NCBI RefSeq assembly: GCF_003918875.1
Contig: NW_025766015.1
Location: 1,426,001-1,490,000 of the forward strand
Direction of reading: 5' to 3'
DNA length: 64,000 bases
DNA from: Haliotis rubra
Lineage: Eukaryota
Shown here: positions 62,814 through 64,000 of the stretch, one piece after another
How positions within the stretch are numbered: position 1 is the stretch's first letter
Layout of the letters: each line of letters begins with the position of its first letter
Notes under the pieces: model-generated
Seen by the model: the letters and a program-made list of their open reading frames with translations, nothing else
What the model was told of the DNA's origin: nothing
Database searches by the model: none
Program-made: the position numbers and the translations under genes

Positions 62814-64000
62814 CCGTGTCTTTCTGACTCCATCGCCTCATTAACGGATATTTCCGTGCATTCTTGGACTAAAACAGAAAATCACTTTCATTCTATAATA
62901 CAGTGTACATATCTTTCTGGGAAACACACCCAGGTAAGGTAAAAGAAACTGTTCTATTAAATGACAAAACAGAACACAACATGTTATAAATAATCAACAA
63001 CCTTTCACAAACACTGTTTCAGATACTCAGATAATGTAAGAGGGGCAACTCTTGGTGAGTAGTGATTAGTGATTTTACGTATGTTTCAATTGAAGGGAGC
63101 TTCAATAGGGAGATACAAGTGTTCCACTATGTTCGCAAGAAGAAGAAGACAAGCAAAAGAGCATGTGTCAGGATAAGGAAAAATTTAGTTTTTTCTGACA
63201 TAATTAATAGAAAGGTATCCTAACATTCCCCAAATAGGTCGGGTTGGAATTTAGTAGGAAAGGTAGAAATGACATAGAACAATGCTCTACCAAAACTTGA
63301 TGACATTATGAAAATATCATAGTAAATTCTATTACCATTGTTCAAAGCAAAATCAGAGTGGAGGGTGATGTTTACACTCTCCAAAGCATGCATGCATGTT
63401 GAGTTTCACAGATAACAGGGCTTAACTTGCTGTGTGGATCAAATGTTGCTTAAATGAACTTGAACATGAAGAAATACTACTGTACAAATCCATCAAGTCC
63501 ACAATTCATTTCAGGCGAGTCATGAATGTGAAATAAAATGATTCTTGGTGAGAACAATTTGCGCTACTGCATATTTACACATTTCAAACTAATGGGCTAG
63601 TGACCATGTCAAGCTCTCATTACAATATATTCCACTCAAGAGAAGTAGAAAAACACACGTTTGTTTCATTTTACCACAGTCATTTTCAACTCTAGCAGTA
63701 TACATGTATGTGAATTGAAGATAGGAAATAATGTAAGGTTATTACTAGTGTATATAGAGGAATATTAAAAACTAGAGTTTGATGTAATTCTTACACAAAT
63801 ATGTAGACAGTGAGGTGTGACAAAGCCAGAATAATGAGTCAGTGTTTACTCTGACATGAATGAGAACTGTCCAGATCTGAGGAACATGTCATTAATGAAA
63901 CATCATGTTAGACAATACAGAAGTAGAAATTCAAAAGTCGACTATCTTCTGAGACTATCAGAGTTTCCAGATACTGGCAACATCTACTTGTCTGGATACA

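Noticed and set aside
63330-63360. Possible upstream OGFR-like exon ending CAA TG|GTAAT
   Set aside because: It translates as CFEQW rather than the conserved H.YIQW, so the upstream exons are probably outside the window.

Overview
This is repeat-dense, AT-rich animal genomic DNA. The SINE types suggest a mollusc, possibly an abalone-like gastropod, but that is inference. There are two assembly gaps (20834-20999 and 22648-22775). The only convincing protein-coding gene is the 3' part of an opioid growth factor receptor-family gene (OGFR/OGFRL1-like) on the minus strand. Its three exons (57220-57286, 56199-56347, 33060-33294) have canonical splice sites and join in frame. The last intron is 22.9 kb, the 3' UTR may run about 5.9 kb, and the upstream exons appear to lie beyond the window. 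The rest consists of about 12 tandem-repeat arrays (13-131 bp units, which produce nearly all the long ORFs in the track), three SINE families, LINE 3' fragments, several MITEs, and a 5.4-kb non-autonomous CACTA/EnSpm-like DNA transposon inserted into a satellite with a TA target-site duplication (TSD). The two strongest novelty candidates are: (1) a tRNA-less SINE family whose copies share one 5' start and begin with a compact, apparently covarying, pseudoknotted RNA module (candidate ribozyme or internal promoter); (2) a promoter-driven, multi-exon, apparently non-coding transcription unit carried inside the 5.4-kb transposon. Neither is proven from sequence alone.
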